NCBI GenBank assembly: GCA_963729855.1
Contig: CAVSPT010000006.1
Coordinates: 1,344,770 to 1,408,769 of the forward strand
Source of the DNA: Candidatus Aminicenantes bacterium
Lineage (GTDB): Bacteria; Acidobacteriota; Aminicenantia; Aminicenantales; UBA4085
Direction of reading: 5' to 3'
Length of the DNA stretch: 64,000 bases
Part shown: positions 48,017 through 62,584 of the stretch, in pieces
Numbering within the stretch: position 1 is the first letter of the stretch
Layout: every line of letters begins with the position of its first letter
Program-made: the position numbers and the translations under genes
The notes under the pieces: generated by a model
What the model saw: only the letters and a program-made list of their open reading frames with translations
Database searches by the model: none
Told to the model about the DNA's origin: nothing

Positions 48017-48611
48017 TCTTGTAATTTTGTCGAAACAGATTTGGCCAACTCCGCAAACGCCTCCCGCATCCGCTTCCAGGTCGTCTCCAGATCTTCCGGC
48101 AGCATGCGCGTCTCGGCCACCGTCGTCATGAAGTTGGTGTCGCCCAGCCCAGCGCGGCAGGGCGTGCAGATGCAGGTGCCCGGCCACGCCGGCGCCCGCC
48201 GGCCTGGCCCAGATTCATTCCGAAGTTGAATCCGTGCGGCGGTAGAGCCGCTCCAGCGCCCGCTCGGTCCGCTGCGCCAGGTCCATCAACTCGTGCGCGG
48301 CTTCGGCGGGCAGCGCGGCCAGCCGGTCCAGATGCGCATAGGGCATCACCATCACGTGGCCGGAGGTGTAGGGAAACGCGTTCAGGCAGATAAAGCAATG
48401 CTTGCCGCGCAGGACCAGGCCGCCGGCTGCTTCGGCCTCGTCCGCGCTCATGCCGTTGGCGATGGCGTAGTCGATGGAGGCAATCAGGTTGCAGAAGACG
48501 CAGCCCAGGTCGCCCGGCCAGGCCGCCAGGCTCGCCGGAACGCCGGGGCGCGCCGCGCTCATCCGCCGTGGTGACATAGGCATAGCGCCAGGGAGTCCAG
48601 AGAAGATCCAT
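48017..48611 (-). pseudogene. HIT-superfamily protein (Ap4A phosphorylase / GalT-like HIT), about 4 frameshifts
   Basis: MDLLWTPWRYAYVTTADER | GCVFCNLIA...LVLRGKHCFICLNAFPYTSGHVMVMPYAHL... | HGFNFGMNLGQAGG | AGHLHLHALPRWAG | DTNFMTTVAETRMLPEDLE... It is spread over three minus-strand frames. Confidence 0.55.
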
Positions 48612-48792
48612 GATGGATCCGTTCGGTCAGTATAGCAGCCGTATCGGCAATCCAGTATAGAGTGCGCGATCTGCGCGAGCATGCTGCGCCAGTCTGCGCA
48701 CGCCGTTCGCCTCTGCACCGTCAGTCGCGCTGCAATCCCCTGCGCTGTGAATTCCGATTGCGCGAGCTGCACGTTTCGCCAATCTGTTGCAT

Positions 48793-48822
48793 TGACGCTG
48801 GAAAGCGGGGGTTGCTACACTC
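48793..48822 (+). promoter_or_regulatory. Candidate sigma70 promoter upstream of rpsA (TTGACG - 18 nt - TACACT)
   Basis: ttgacgctggaaagcgggggttgctacact, about 280 nt upstream of the rpsA ATG. Confidence 0.35.
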
Positions 48823-49105
48823 GTGAGCGTAGCTTCCTGCGCGGATTCCAGCAGTGAGTTGCGGCCGCCCTCCAGCAAGCCGTTGCCTGCCGGGTGTTTC
48901 CCAAGGAGACCAGTCGCTTTCCACTGCCAGCGCAACCGGCTGGGACGGACTGTCTCCTGCGAAAACGCCTCCGGCACAGTCACGGGTTCGCGGGCAGGGA
49001 ATATGGCCTCAAGGCGTTCCGCGACGCGGCAATCGCGGCGCGGGAGCCACCCCCAGCGGCAGGCACTATCCGTCGCGGGAGCAAGGAATCCCGGAGCTGG
49101 CAGTG

Positions 49106-51180
<2,075 letters not shown>

Positions 51181-51483
51181 TCAACTGCGAAGAGCGAGAA
51201 GAGCGAGTAAGATCAGCAGTCGCTTTTCCTTCAAGCAAGGCAGAACGGCCACCCTTCGGGGTGGCCGTTCTGCGTTCAGGCGCAACTAGCCGTCTCTGCG
51301 GAGCAATCGGCTTCGAATCAAGAGATCAACGGCTTTCTCAGCGACGCAGCAAATCCGATGCTTTGTCGGGTTCCTCGCAACCTGAAGTATCTGAGCACGC
51401 CGCGTGCTCGCGAAGAGCTATTGCATTGCTGCCTCCAGCGCGTCAGAATGCTTCATTCGCAGTCATCGCTCAGGATATTCATT

Positions 51484-52000
51484 TCAATATACTCTTGTTG
51501 GAATGTATGTTCGCCATTTTCCGCCACCCGCATTGTAGTATCTCGGCGAGTCAGCGATGAAAGAGCCACCAGGCTTGAGAACGCGCGAAGACTTCCCGCA
51601 TATCGGCGGCGAGATCCGGCCAGAAATCACTGTGTTTCCACGGCCGTAACCAGATCGAACGCGCCGACTGGAAACGGCAACTGCGAGACCTGAACCTTGC
51701 ACTACCTCGACCTCGCGGCGGAACATTCCATCTGCGCATTCTTTCTTCGATGCGGCCATCGCTTCGCGAGAATAATCGATGCCTGATTCCCTGCGAGGCG
51801 TCCGTCAGCCACCTTGCTCACCGTCGTGGCTCCGCCGCAATCGACATCGAGAATGGTATGACTCTCCTTGCATAGAAGCTGCGACATAAGCCCATGAGTC
51901 GAAGTTGCGAATCGTAACCGCATCTTCCACAAAATGACATCGCTCCTCCGGGCAATCCAGCACGAGTATTCGGAACAGATCAAGTCCATCGCAGCTGCTT
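51484..52000 (-). pseudogene. Possible class I SAM-methyltransferase fragment, frameshifted, in a lower-GC island
   Basis: ILDVDCGGATT ... (shift) ... RVLKPGGSFIA motifs in two frames. Weak. Confidence 0.3.
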
Positions 52001-52129
52001 TCGGAAGTTGATCGGAGTTTGTCTTCGCACGAGTCACGGTCTTTTCTCGCTTCGTCGTGTCTGATACGGAATCCGCCATGCCCTGCGCGGAGGATCCGGC
52101 AGCCTGAATTCTCGTCATGAATTCCGTTC

Positions 52130-53347
52130 TACTTCGTCTGCATCTGCCGCGAGAACAATAACGATTCCCAGGGCCGTGAGGACGCAGAACAGCGCGAAGA
52201 AGAAGACGCTGGCATAGCCGAAGACGCCGATAACCGCGCCGGCCAGGGGCCGTAAGGAAGAAGGAGACGTCGGCAAAAGCGGTGTAGACGCCCAGGGCTG
52301 CGCCGCGATTGTTGATCGGCGACACGCTTGACCGCTTCCATGCCGATGGCGGGAAAGACCAGCGAAAAGCCGAAACCGCTAATTCGGCGCCGGTAAAGGC
52401 CATCCACGGCGATGACGCGAGCCACAGCAAAAGCATTCCCAGCGATTCGACCGAGAGGCAGGCGATGGCCACCGGGAATCCGCCAAAGCGGTTGATGGTA
52501 TGGATGAAGAGGAGACGCGCCGCGATAAACGCCAATCCGAAAGCCGTGAGGCAGAGGGCGGCTCCATTCCAGTGGCGGCTGGCGTAGAAGAGGGTGACGA
52601 AGGTGGCCAGCACGCTGTAGCCCACGCCGCCCAGCGCCAGGCCCATGCCATGCGGGGCCACGCGGCCCACTACGTGGCGGAAGGGAAGATGCTCGCCGGG
52701 ATGCACCGGGACAGGGCTCTTGCGGCAGGCCAGGGCAAAGCTGAAGGCGCCGATGAGCAGGGTCAGCAGGCCGATGGATGCCAGGCCCAACTGCGGATTC
52801 CCCACAGCGAATCAAGAACCACGCCCAGCGGAGCGCCCAGCGCCATGGCGCCATAGGTGCTGATGCCGTTGAAGGAGATGACTTTGGCGGTGCTGGCGTG
52901 TCCGGCGCTGGTAATGCCCCACAACGTCGAGCCGGTCGAGCCAAGACTCTCGCCGACGCCCAGCACCAGGCGGCTGAGCAGCAGAGTAAAAAAGCTGAGC
53001 CAGGGAATGGAGTGCAGGGCGGCGGCGGCGATCAGCACCGCTCCGCTCAGCGAGCAGGCGCCCATGCCCCAGAGCACGGAAACCTTGGCCCCGGCGCGGT
53101 CGCTGATGCGTCCGGCCCAGGGGCGGCTAGCAAGCGTGGCGATGTACTGGATGCTGATAACCAGACCTGCCAGCGCCGCGCTATAGCCCATGCGCAGATG
53201 CACATAAGGCGGCAGGACGGCCAGCGGCAGACCGATGGAGAGATAGACGATGAAGGTGAAGTAGACAAAGCCGATGATGTGCCGCGTGCTCGGTTCCGAG
53301 GCAGTGCGCGACGCGGCTGAGACGCTGGCGGTTGTCAGTTCTTGCAT
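52130..53347 (-). CDS. MFS transporter, frame broken at least twice
   Basis: An N-terminal MFS signature with RPWAGRISDRAGAK, plus hydrophobic helices, spread across track ORFs 52763..53347, 52129..52944 and 51702..52805. Confidence 0.6.
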
Positions 53348-53478
53348 ATCAGGGTATGACCCGAAGAAATAAGGTGGTCATACCACAGTATAGCGAATAG
53401 GGGGCACGGCGCAGATCGGATACCGCAGCGCGCTTTTTCCTGATTATCGGCGCCGTGCCTTGCTTACCAAGCGATTGA

Positions 53479-54378
53479 TCAGTTGCCGGGGATGCAGTTC
53501 GCTTCCAGGCTGCCGGCGTTGACGCCAGCTTTCTGCCCCATCAGCCAAAGATAGGTGGTCAGGTGATGTGAGCAGGTAATATCCGTATTGACTTGGCTGG
53601 AGTTCGAGACCAGCTTAAAGGATGTTTTGACGGAGGTATAAGGCCAGAGCGGTAAATCCGGCACTACGTCCGTGTTGTTGTAGATGCGGTAACTGGCGGG
53701 AACTGTATCGTTGAAGTCATTGGCGAAGAATTCCTCGCCGACGCGAGGGCTGGCAAAGGTGAAGACCACGGGTGATTCCTGGCTGGTGTTGCGGGCGACG
53801 TCGAGGGCCAGCAGAGTGGCCAGCGCGCCGCCCAGGCTGTGTCCGGTAATGGTTACGCTTTTTGCGGTGCCAGCGCTGACATAGCCCTTTATGGAGGAGA
53901 CTACGGTTTGCGAACTGGTGCTCCTGGCCACGCGCAGAGATTTGTAGATGCCTGAGAAGCCTTCTTCGGTGAACCCATAGGTATGCGGAATGGGATTGAA
54001 AACGAAATAGAACTGCGCATCGTCAATCCATTCGAGAACCGTGTCGGTGCCCCGAAGCACGGCTACCAGTTCGCCGGCAGAAGACAGAGCGAGATAACCA
54101 TAGCTGACGGTGTCGCTGACATCAGGCGTGGCGTCTGTGCTGAGGTCGCTTCCATAGATGGGCTGGAGGAAGGTATAGCCTTGTTCGGAAATTAGTTGCT
54201 TGTCGACGCTGGTGTAATCGCTTTTGGGCGAAACGCCTTCAGCGATTTTCGCCAGCTTGGCATACTGAATAGCCGTGAGCCAGTTGATGGACGATTGAGC
54301 TGGGGCGCTACAAGGCATTATTACCATAAGCGCCATGAAAGCAATTCGGAGGAGAGAGAAAATAGATTGCTGTTTCAT
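53479..54378 (-). CDS. Secreted lipase, class 3 (alpha/beta hydrolase)
   Basis: Signal peptide MKQQSIFSLLRIAFMALMVIMPCSAPAQS and the catalytic pentapeptide GHSLGGALA. GC is about 50% and the gene is intact. Confidence 0.75.
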   Translation of the reverse strand: MKQQSIFSLLRIAFMALMVIMPCSAPAQSSINWLTAIQYAKLAKIAEGVSPKSDYTSVDKQLISEQGYTFLQPIYGSDLSTDATPDVSDTVSYGYLALSSAGELVAVLRGTDTVLEWIDDAQFYFVFNPIPHTYGFTEEGFSGIYKSLRVARSTSSQTVVSSIKGYVSAGTAKSVTITGHSLGGALATLLALDVARNTSQESPVVFTFASPRVGEEFFANDFNDTVPASYRIYNNTDVVPDLPLWPYTSVKTSFKLVSNSSQVNTDITCSHHLTTYLWLMGQKAGVNAGSLEANCIPGN

Positions 54379-54630
54379 GTGGGCAGGATAAGAACGTGAA
54401 TGTCTCGGAATGGATAAAGCAAAGTGAATAATTGAGAAATTGGACAAGGATAATGACCGATCCAGCCCGTTAACCCGAACAATCCATGTCCCATCCTCTC
54501 GCGTTTTCTGGTGCAAGAGTGGGAAGCATCGACACCATTTTTGCCGAATCAAAAGTGCAGGCGGCAAACCATCCAATCGCCAACGCACGGTGCCTCGCCG
54601 GTTGCACTGGGCAAGCTCTACACTGAAATT

Positions 54631-56052
54631 ATGGCGTCCACCTTTCATGTGGAGAATTTCGGTTGCAGGGCGGCGCGCGCCGACGGCGAGGCGGTGAGCG
54701 AGCGACTGCGCGCCGCGGGGCTGAGCGAGCGAGCCCGCGGCGGCCGATGTGGTGATCGTCAATACATGCAGCGTGACGGCGGAGGCCGACCGGGCGGCGC
54801 GGGCCTTCATCCGCCGGGCGCACCGGCTGAACCCGGAGGCAAGGATCGTGGTGACCGGCTGCTACGCCCAGCGCGCGCCGCAGGAGTTGGCGGGCCTGGA
54901 GGGCGTGGCCGCCGTGGTGGGCAACAGCCACAAGGCGCTGGCGCCGGAGATTATTCTGGGCCTGTTCGGGCGCGCGAGCGTTGCCCGCAGCGCAACGCGA
55001 CTGATACAGCGTTCACGCTGGCGCAAGCCGCGTCCGCCCCACCGCAGGTGGTCTGGGCCGACGACCGGTTTGCCCATTCCTTTCTTGAAGAGGCGCAGAT
55101 CGTGCCCGGCGCGCAGACCCGGCCCAACCTCAAAATTCAGGAGGGCTGCGGCAACCGCTGCACGTTTTGCGTGATTCCCCAGACGCGAGGCCCGTCCAAG
55201 AGTCTGCCCGCCGCAAGCGTTCTCAGCCAGGTGGAGGGATTTGTGGCCGCCGGCGGCAATGAACTTGTGCTCTCGGGAATCAACCTGGGGCGATGGGGAC
55301 GGGATCTTTCCGAGTGCGGAAGTTCACCTTCGCGCACGCTCGCCGGGCTGGTGCGGGAGATCTTCGAGCGGACGGCGCTGCCCCGCCTGCGGCTCAGCTC
55401 GATTGAGCCGATGGATTGGGATGCGGAGTTGATCGGGCTGATGGCGGAGTTTGGCGGCAGGCGCGGCTGGCGCGTCATGCGCACCTGCCCTTGCAGTCCG
55501 GCTCGGACGCGGTGCTGCGGCGGATGCACCGGCGCTACCGGCCCTGGCATTACGTGGAAAAGGTAGAGGCGCTGGTGCGCGCCGCCGGGCCGGAGCTGAC
55601 GCTGGGCGCGGACGTGATGGTGGGCTTTCCCGGCGAGACCGACGCCGAATTCGAGGAGACACTGGCGCTGGTGCGGGCGCTGCCCTTCGGCTACCTGCAT
55701 CTGTTTCCGTTTTCGCCGCGGCCGGGGACGCCGGGCTGGGCACTCCACGCCGAGCGGCCGGTCGCGGCGGAGGCGGTCGAGGAGCGGATGGCGGCTCTGC
55801 GCGCGCTGGCTGCGGAAAAGAGTCAAGCGCACCGCAGGCGCTTCGTGGGCCGGGAGCTGGAGGCCATCACGCTGCACACGCCGGCGGAGGTGGCCGCGCG
55901 CGGGCGCACCGCCGCGCTGACGGAGAATTTTCTGCCCGTGGAGCTGGACGGGCCGGCTGGCGGCCAACCGGCTCGTGCGGGTGCGCGTGACCGGGCTGAC
56001 CGCCGAGGGGGCGCTTGAGGCGGCCTGCAGCGGCCGAGAGATTCGGCCATAA
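54631..56052 (+). CDS. Radical SAM methylthiotransferase, MtaB/MiaB/RimO family, with at least 3 frameshifts
   Basis: MASTFHVENFGCRA, then ADVVIVNTCSVTAEAD, IQEGCGNRCTFCVIPQTRG, LHLFPFSPRPGTP and a TRAM-like end ...RLVRVRVTGLTAEGAL, in different frames. Confidence 0.65.
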
Positions 56053-56159
56053 ACCCTTTGTTCAGCCGAGCCGGGCCAATGCTATACTCAGGGTGCGTTC
56101 GTGTGCCCGCGGCGATTCCGGCAGACTCCGGAGGCGGGCGGCGAGCGACTTTTGGAGGA

Positions 56160-56760
56160 GCACCATCGCACTCGACAAACGTTCGGCAAAGTCCTTTATC
56201 CGCATCAACGAGAAGATTCGCGCGCGCGAAATCCGCGTCATCGACGAAAACAGCGAGCAACTGGGCATCCTGCCGCCCTTTGAGGCGCTGAAGATCGCCC
56301 GCGAGCGCGGCCTTGATCTGGTCGAGGTTTCGCCCAACGCGGTTCCCCCGGTCTGCCGCATCCAGGACTACGGCCGCTTCCTCTACGAGAAGGAAAAGAG
56401 CGAGCGCGCCGCCAAGAAAAAGCAGAAGGTGATCACGGTCAAGGAGGTCAAGTTCTCCGTGACCGTGGACGAGCACGACTACCAGACCAAGAAGAACCAG
56501 GCGGTGCGCTTCCTCACCGATGGCGACAAGGTGAAGGCCAGCCTGCGCTTCCGCGGCCGCCAGATGGCCCACCGCGATCTGGGCTACGCCATCATCAACC
56601 GGCTGATCCAGGACATCGGCGACGCGGGCATCGTGGAGTTCATGCCGCGCATGGAAGGCACCATCCTGCACGCGATTCTGGCCCCGTCCAAGAAGCAGGA
56701 AGCGCCCAAGCCCAAGCCCGCCGCGCCGCCGCAGCCTCAGCGGCCGCACGCATCCAGCCG
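56160..56760 (+). CDS. infC: Translation initiation factor IF-3 (start codon probably non-canonical AUU/AUC type; 3' end uncertain)
   Basis: IRINEKIRAREIRVIDENSEQLGILPPFEALKIARERGLDLVEVSPNAVPPVCRIQDYGRF...ASLRFRGRQMAHRDLG. Confidence 0.75.
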
Positions 56761-56934
56761 CACAGGCGTCAAGTCGAAGAAGGCGATAGAGGCAGTCCTT
56801 CGCAGTTCGCAGAGCATTCAGGCCCGGGATTGCTGTATACTGGTTGAAGCCTCAAGAGGGCAGGGGAAGCCCTGTCTCACGGGCAACGCGCCAGAGTGAT
56901 CCTGAACCGGCCCTTCCGCGACAACGAGAAGAAA

Positions 56935-57132
56935 ATGCCCAAGTTGAAGACCCATACGGGCGCGGCCAAGCGCTTCAGCAAGACTGGCACCGGCAAAATC
57001 AAGCGGGGCCAGACGAAGACGCGGCACATCCTTACTTCGAAGCCGCCAAAGGTGAAACGCAAGCTGGGCAGGACCCTGCTGGTTTCCGATGGCGACTACA
57101 AGAAGGTAGCGCGCATGATTCCTTACGCCTGA
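56935..57132 (+). CDS. rpmI: 50S ribosomal protein L35
   Basis: [26 protein letters not shown]. Confidence 0.85.
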   Translation: MPKLKTHTGAAKRFSKTGTGKIKRGQTKTRHILTSKPPKVKRKLGRTLLVSDGDYKKVARMIPYA

Positions 57133-57339
57133 TTGCTGTGCCGTCTCCTGACGGAGACGGCGCTTCAGGGCCCCGGCAAACGCGTTGCACGGGCCCCCGA
57201 TTAGCGGACAGTTTTTGAGTCCAGCCAGTCGAGAAATCAGGCTTGCACAAGCGAGTGAAGAGGTTTACAGCCCGGCCCGCAAAGGGTGAAGGCCTCCTGC
57301 CTCCAGCCGCATAACCGAACGCAAAATGGAGAAAACGAT

Positions 57340-57720
57340 ATGCCCCGCGTAAAACGCAGTACCAAGCGGAGTGACCGCCGCAAGAAGATTCTCGAGAGAG
57401 CAAGCGGTTATTTCCTTACGAAATCCAAGCTCTATCAGGCAGCCCAGGAGGCCGTCGAGCGCGGCCTGAAGTTTGCCTACACCGGCCGCAAGCAGAAGAA
57501 GCGCCAGTTCCGCTCGCTGTGGATCGTGCGCATCTCGGCCGCCTGCCAAGCTGAACAACTTCAGCTACTCGCAGCTCATCAACGGCCTGAAGAAGGCCGG
57601 CGTCGAGCTGGACCGCAAGATTCTGGCCGACATCGCCATCAAGGACGCCGCCGGCTTCACCGGACTGGTGGAGCAGGCCAAGGTGGCCCTGGCCGCGGAA
57701 GAAGGCGGCGTAAAAGCGAG
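57340..57720 (+). CDS. rplT: 50S ribosomal protein L20, frameshift near 57545
   Basis: [65 protein letters not shown] | (shift) [36 protein letters not shown]. Confidence 0.8.
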
Positions 57721-58010
57721 TCAGCAAGTCAGCAAGTCAGCGAAAACGGCCCCGGAGCGATGCTTCGGGGCCGTTTATTTGAGCGAAAAACGTATTCTTC
57801 GGTGACTTTCAGAGACCAGATCGTGGTGCGGGAGAGTTTGAGGGGCGCGGCAGTTTTATCGGGGGAATCTCAGCAAAGCAACACCGCGTGAAAGGGTATC
57901 TAATACGAAATACAGTGATAACATGAGTGTTGCTAAAATCAACCAGGGACAGGGGTAATCCCGGGAAGCTGGCGGAGTCTCGGAGGCTCCTGGCTGGGGA
58001 GTGAAGGCGC

Positions 58011-58687
58011 ATGGTCTTGTTAGCAGAGAAGAAAGCCAAAGGCGTAAAGAAGCAATCCGCGAAGGCCGAGCACGGAACCAGCGTAGATTCGGCGTTTCTG
58101 CGGATTCGCGACTTGATCGTGCATGGGCGGATGGCGCCGGGCACATGGATCGTGGAAGGCGATCTGTGCGAACACCTGAACATGAGCCGGACGCCGGTGC
58201 GGGGCGCGCTTTACCTGCTGCAGCGCGAGGGCTATGTCCTCGATTGCCGCAACGGCAGCAAGTCGCGCATGGTCGTGGCGCCGCTGACCAAAGAGGACGC
58301 CAACGAGCTTTATCCCATCATTGGGCGGATCGAGGGGCTGGCGGGACGCCGCACCGCGGCGCTGCCGCAGAGTGAGCGCGACGAACTGGCGGCCAAGCTG
58401 AAGGCCGGTCAACGAAAGCTGGCTCGGATTGCGCGGAGACACGCAGCAACCACGGTCCCGACATCTTTGAACTGGATCACGAGTTCCATCGCTTGCTGGT
58501 CGGCGCCGGGTCGGGGCCGCGGCTGAGCGAGCTGCATCGCGCCATCGAGCCGCAGACTGAGCGCTATTGGCGGCTCTATTCCAGTTCGATCATCAACGAG
58601 TTGCACGTTTCGGTACAGGAACATGAAGAGATCATCGCCGCTCTTCTCTCCGGGAACCGGACCGGCTGGAGCGGGCACTCGTGGTGA
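58011..58687 (+). CDS. GntR-family transcriptional regulator (FadR/FCD type), frameshift near 58450
   Basis: HTH region AFLRIRDLIVHGRMAPGTWIVEGDLCEHLNMSRTPVRGALYLLQREGYV. The FCD domain continues in another frame (...DHEFHRLLVGAGSGPRLSELHRAIEPQTERYWR...). Confidence 0.65.
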
Positions 58688-58868
58688 ACTGGGAGAACGG
58701 CTGCAAGCGGCTGGCCAAGGTCATTGAAATCTTTGGAGAGCGCGGCAGTTGGTAGAAACAGTGAATCAGTAGTCAGCGTTCGTGTGATGGTGAGAACTAG
58801 CGGTGCTAGCGGAGTTAGCTGAAAGCCCCGGCGGGTGGTTGGGGCTATTCTGTGGCGGGGAGAGCGGA

Positions 58869-60462
58869 TCAGGCGGTTGGCAAGGGCTCCCGCGTAAGCA
58901 CGCCATCCACCAGGCGCTCAATGCCCAGCGGATTGGCCGCTTGCAATCGGCGGGAACCACCGCGTCGGGAAACGCCTGAAAGCAGACCGGGCGCACGAAC
59001 CGGAAAATCGCCTGGCTGCCGACCGAGGTAAAGCGCGCGTCGGCGGTGGCCGGATACGGGCCGCCGTGCACCATGGCGTGCGAAACCTCGACGCCCGTGG
59101 GAAAGGCGTTGAAGATCACGCGGCCGGCCTTTTGTTCCAGCAGGCGAGCAGCGGCTTCTGGTGCAGAACCTCATCGTCTTTTCCAAAGATCGTAGCCGTC
59201 AGGTGGCCTTCGATCGCCTGCGCAGCGCGGAGCAATTCGTCCGGTCGTGTCGCAGCGGACGAGCAGCGTCGTAGGCCCAAAGACCTCCTCGGCCAGGTCC
59301 GGCTTCTCAAGAAACTCCTCGAGTTCCACGTGATAAAGAGCCGGGCCGTTGCACGGCAGCCCACCGCAGCCTGGGCCGTGGCCGCCGCTGCCGCCTGTGC
59401 CGACTGCGCGCGCAGTTCGGTTCCATGTGCGTACTCGAGGCGATGCCCGGCGTCAGTAGTGTGAACGGGCCGCTGCTGTCACCAATTCCTTGAGACGGCT
59501 CACAAACGCCGGTGCCTCGGGCTGGTCCACGAAGAAACACCACGCCGGGGCGGGTACAGAACTGCCCGGCGCCGAGCGTGAACGAGTTGAAGAGACTCTG
59601 GCGCAAGCTTCTCCGGACCGGATTGCAGCGCTCCCGGAAGCAGGAAGACCGGATTGGTGGCGGACATTTCAGTGAAGCAGGGAATCGGATGTGGGCGCGC
59701 AGCAGCCATGTCCATGAGCAGACGCCCGGCGCCGTGCGAGCCGGTAAAGCCAGCGGCCTTAATGGATGGATGCTGCACGAGAGCAGCGCCGATCTCTGCG
59801 CCGGAGCCAAAGAGCAGGGAGAACACACCTTCCGGCAGACCGCTGTCAGCAACCGACTGCTGGATCACCTCGGCCACCATCTCGTTGGTGCCGGGATGCG
59901 CGGAGTGCGCTTTCACAATGACGGGACATCCGGCGGCCAGTGCCGATGCGGTATCGCCGCCAGCGGCGGAAAAAGCGAGAGGAAAATTGCTGGCGCCAAA
60001 AACGGCCACGGGGCCGAGCGGCCGGAGCATCGAGCGAAGGCCGGGGCGGGGCAGCGGCCTTCGCTCGGGCAGCGGCGTATCGATGCGGGCATCGACCCAG
60101 GAGCCCTCTTCGAGGACGGAAGCGAAGAGCCGAAGCTGGCCGGTGGTGCGTGCAACCTCGCCGAGGAGGCGCGGCATGGGCAGTGCGGTTTCAAGATGTG
60201 CGCGCTCGGCCAACTGCTGCTGGATCGCGTCAAGCCCATCGGCGATGCGGCGAAGAAATGCGGCACGCTCTTTGCCTGGAACCAGGGAATAGACGGGAAA
60301 CGCCTGCGCAGCCAGCCCGGCGGCCTGGTTCAAGTCGCTGGTGCTTGCGGCATAGTAGGCTGGCGCAAGTTTCTCGCCGGTCGCAGGATTGCTTGCGGAG
60401 ATGGTCGCGCCGGCGGATGTGCTCCGCCGGCTGCCGATAAAAGACTGACCTGTCAGTTGCAT
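58869..60462 (-). CDS. Aldehyde dehydrogenase, alpha-ketoglutaric semialdehyde (2,5-dioxovalerate) dehydrogenase-like; frameshifted
   Basis: N-terminus [40 protein letters not shown]. The C-terminus lies in another frame: [51 protein letters not shown]...[11 protein letters not shown]. Confidence 0.65.
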
Positions 60463-60484
60463 TGGGGAGACTCCTGCGAACCGC

Positions 60485-61402
60485 TTAGAAAGCTGAGCTG
60501 GGAACAGCGACCGAGGGGCGGGTGATGAGCGCTTGGTGATACGATGGGGCGGGTTTCAGCAACTCCTGGCCGATCACTTCCAGCCGCGGTGCGCGGACGC
60601 GGGCCGAGCCGATGCCAGCTTCCTGCTGCACCTGCTTGATGAGCTGGACGAACTTGGGCACCGTGTCCATGCGCAGCAGGGGCAGGAACCAGCGATAAAG
60701 CTCGAAGGCTTCCGCGGTTTTGCCGGCGCTGGCCAGATTGAACAGGTCGACCGATTCGCGGGGCAGGGCATTGACGAGTCCGGCGATCCAGCCCACGGCG
60801 CCGGCGCTGATGCCCTCGACGATGGCGTCGTCCACGCCGACGAAAGGGCGCAGTCCGGTCGCCGATAAGGGCGCGAATGGCAGTGACGCGACGAACGTCG
60901 GTCGAAGACTCCTTGACCGCGGCAAGATTGGGATATTCCGCGGCCAGCTCCCGAATCTGCTCGGGCAGAAAGTCTGTTCCGTAGGCAACCGGGTTGTTAT
61001 AGAGCAGGCCGGGCAGCGGCGTGGCTTCGAGAATCGCCGCCAACATGCGCCTTGGTCTCGCGCCAGTCGCCCTTGTAGACGTAGGGCGGCAGGATCATGA
61101 GTCCCGCGCAGCCGGCGGCCTGGGCGGCCTTGGCCAGCTCGACCGCTTCAGCCGTGGAGAGCGCGGAGATGGCCGCCACTGTCGGAGCCTTGCCGTCCAG
61201 AGCCGCAACGACAGTCTTGAGAACGTCGATCTTCTCCTCGAACCTCAGCGTCGGCGCTTCGCCCAGCGAGCCCAGGCAGACGATGCCGGTGCAGCCGTTC
61301 TCGATCGAGCCATTGGGCGTGCCGGGCGACAAAGGCGTGATCAACGTTGCAGTTCTTGTCGAAGGCGGTGGTCATGGCGGGCATTACGCCGTTCCAGTTC
61401 AT
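60485..61402 (-). CDS. Dihydrodipicolinate-synthase (DapA/NAL) family enzyme, candidate pyrroline-4-hydroxy-2-carboxylate deaminase or 2-keto-3-deoxy-sugar-acid dehydratase; frameshifted
   Basis: MNWNGVMPAMTTAFDKN..., ENGCTGIVCLGSLGEAPTLRFEEKIDVLKTVV..., LPGLLYNNPVAYGTDF... spread over 3 frames. Confidence 0.6.
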
Positions 61403-62584
61403 AGAGTCTCCTTAGAGTGGGCAATTCCCGAGTGTCAGCGGATGCGTTGTGAGTCGTGCGCAAAATGCGGGCCGGAAAATAGGGCTCGGGCGCAATGGCC
61501 GGCGCGCTGCCTGTGAATGCGGCAGCGAGCAGCTCCGCGGTGGCCAGGGATGTGGTGATGCCCAGACCCTCGTGGCCGGTAGCCAGCCATAGCGTCGAGT
61601 CGCCGGGAACGGGCCCGATCAGCGGCAGCTTGTCGGGCGTGGCGGCGCGAAAGCCGGTCCACACGCGCAGGATGTTGAGCGTAGCCGAGCGAAGGCAGAT
61701 AGTGCGATCGCGCGCTGCAGCATCGCGGCCCAGCATCGCCTGATCGACAGCGGGGTCTTCGTTGCCGTACTGGCGCGACGAGCCGATGAGCACCTGGCCG
61801 GTGCTGCCGCGGCTGCACGTTGAAGGCAACCGAGTCGGTGGTCAGCGAGTGGGCACTCTTCAGGTAGCCGAGTTCGACGAGTTGATGGTGAAGAAAGCCG
61901 GGATAGCGGTCGGTAATGGCCAGATGCCCTTTGCGTTTTTTGAGCGGCAGTCCCGGCGTGCAGAACGGGGCGTCGGCGCCGAGCGGCGTTGACCAGCCGT
62001 GGTGCGCGCAGCGTGTGCCGTCGTCGAGCCGTGCTTCGCCATCGGCCAAATGCGTAATCGCCGAGCCTAGCAGCACGTCGGCGCCCAGCGACTGCGCCTG
62101 CTGCGCCAGATAAGCGCAACGACGGGCGGATAAACGACCGCGTCATCCCGCAACGAGCAATCCGCCGGCCAGGCCCGGGCGCAGATTGGGTTCCATCGCG
62201 GCCAGCTCGCGGCTGGAGAGCAGTGCGCTGGGAGCCTCGCGCTCGTGCGAGATAGGCGTGCTTGCGCGCGGCCTCGGCCATCTCTTCGTCATCGGCGGCG
62301 ACCCAGAGCGTTCCGGGCGTCTCGTACTCGGCGCTGCGGGCAAGGTCGCGCTGCAGCGATGCCACAACTCCTGCGAGCGGCGGGTGAGGGCGAACTGCGC
62401 CTCGGAGTCGTCGAGCACCACAATGTGTCCCATGCCCGCGGCGGTGGCGCCGCCGCCGAGAATGCTCGCGTTCGACCAAAGCCACGCGCAGTCCGGCTTG
62501 CGCGCAGGCCAGTGCGCAGGCCGCGCCCACAATGCCGCCTCCGGCAATCACGACATCGCAGGACTGCGGCGCGGTGACGTTCAT
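61341..62584 (-). CDS. FAD-dependent oxidoreductase (DadA / D-hydroxyproline dehydrogenase-like); frameshifted
   Basis: [40 protein letters not shown] (dinucleotide-binding motif). The C-terminal TGFRAATPDKLPLIGPVPGDSTLWLATGHEGLGIT lies in another frame. The ATG overlaps the upstream stop (ATGA at 62581-62584). Confidence 0.6.

Noticed and set aside
48620-48665. Short direct repeat cagtatag ... cagtatag (22-bp spacing) downstream of the HIT gene
   Set aside because: It is too short (8 bp), occurs only twice, and has no associated ORF or palindrome. It is likely chance.
56760-56899. Pro/Ala/Lys-rich C-terminal tail of the infC track ORF
   Set aside because: It is more likely read-through caused by an indel in this error-rich segment than a genuine IF-3 extension, so the end of infC is left uncertain.
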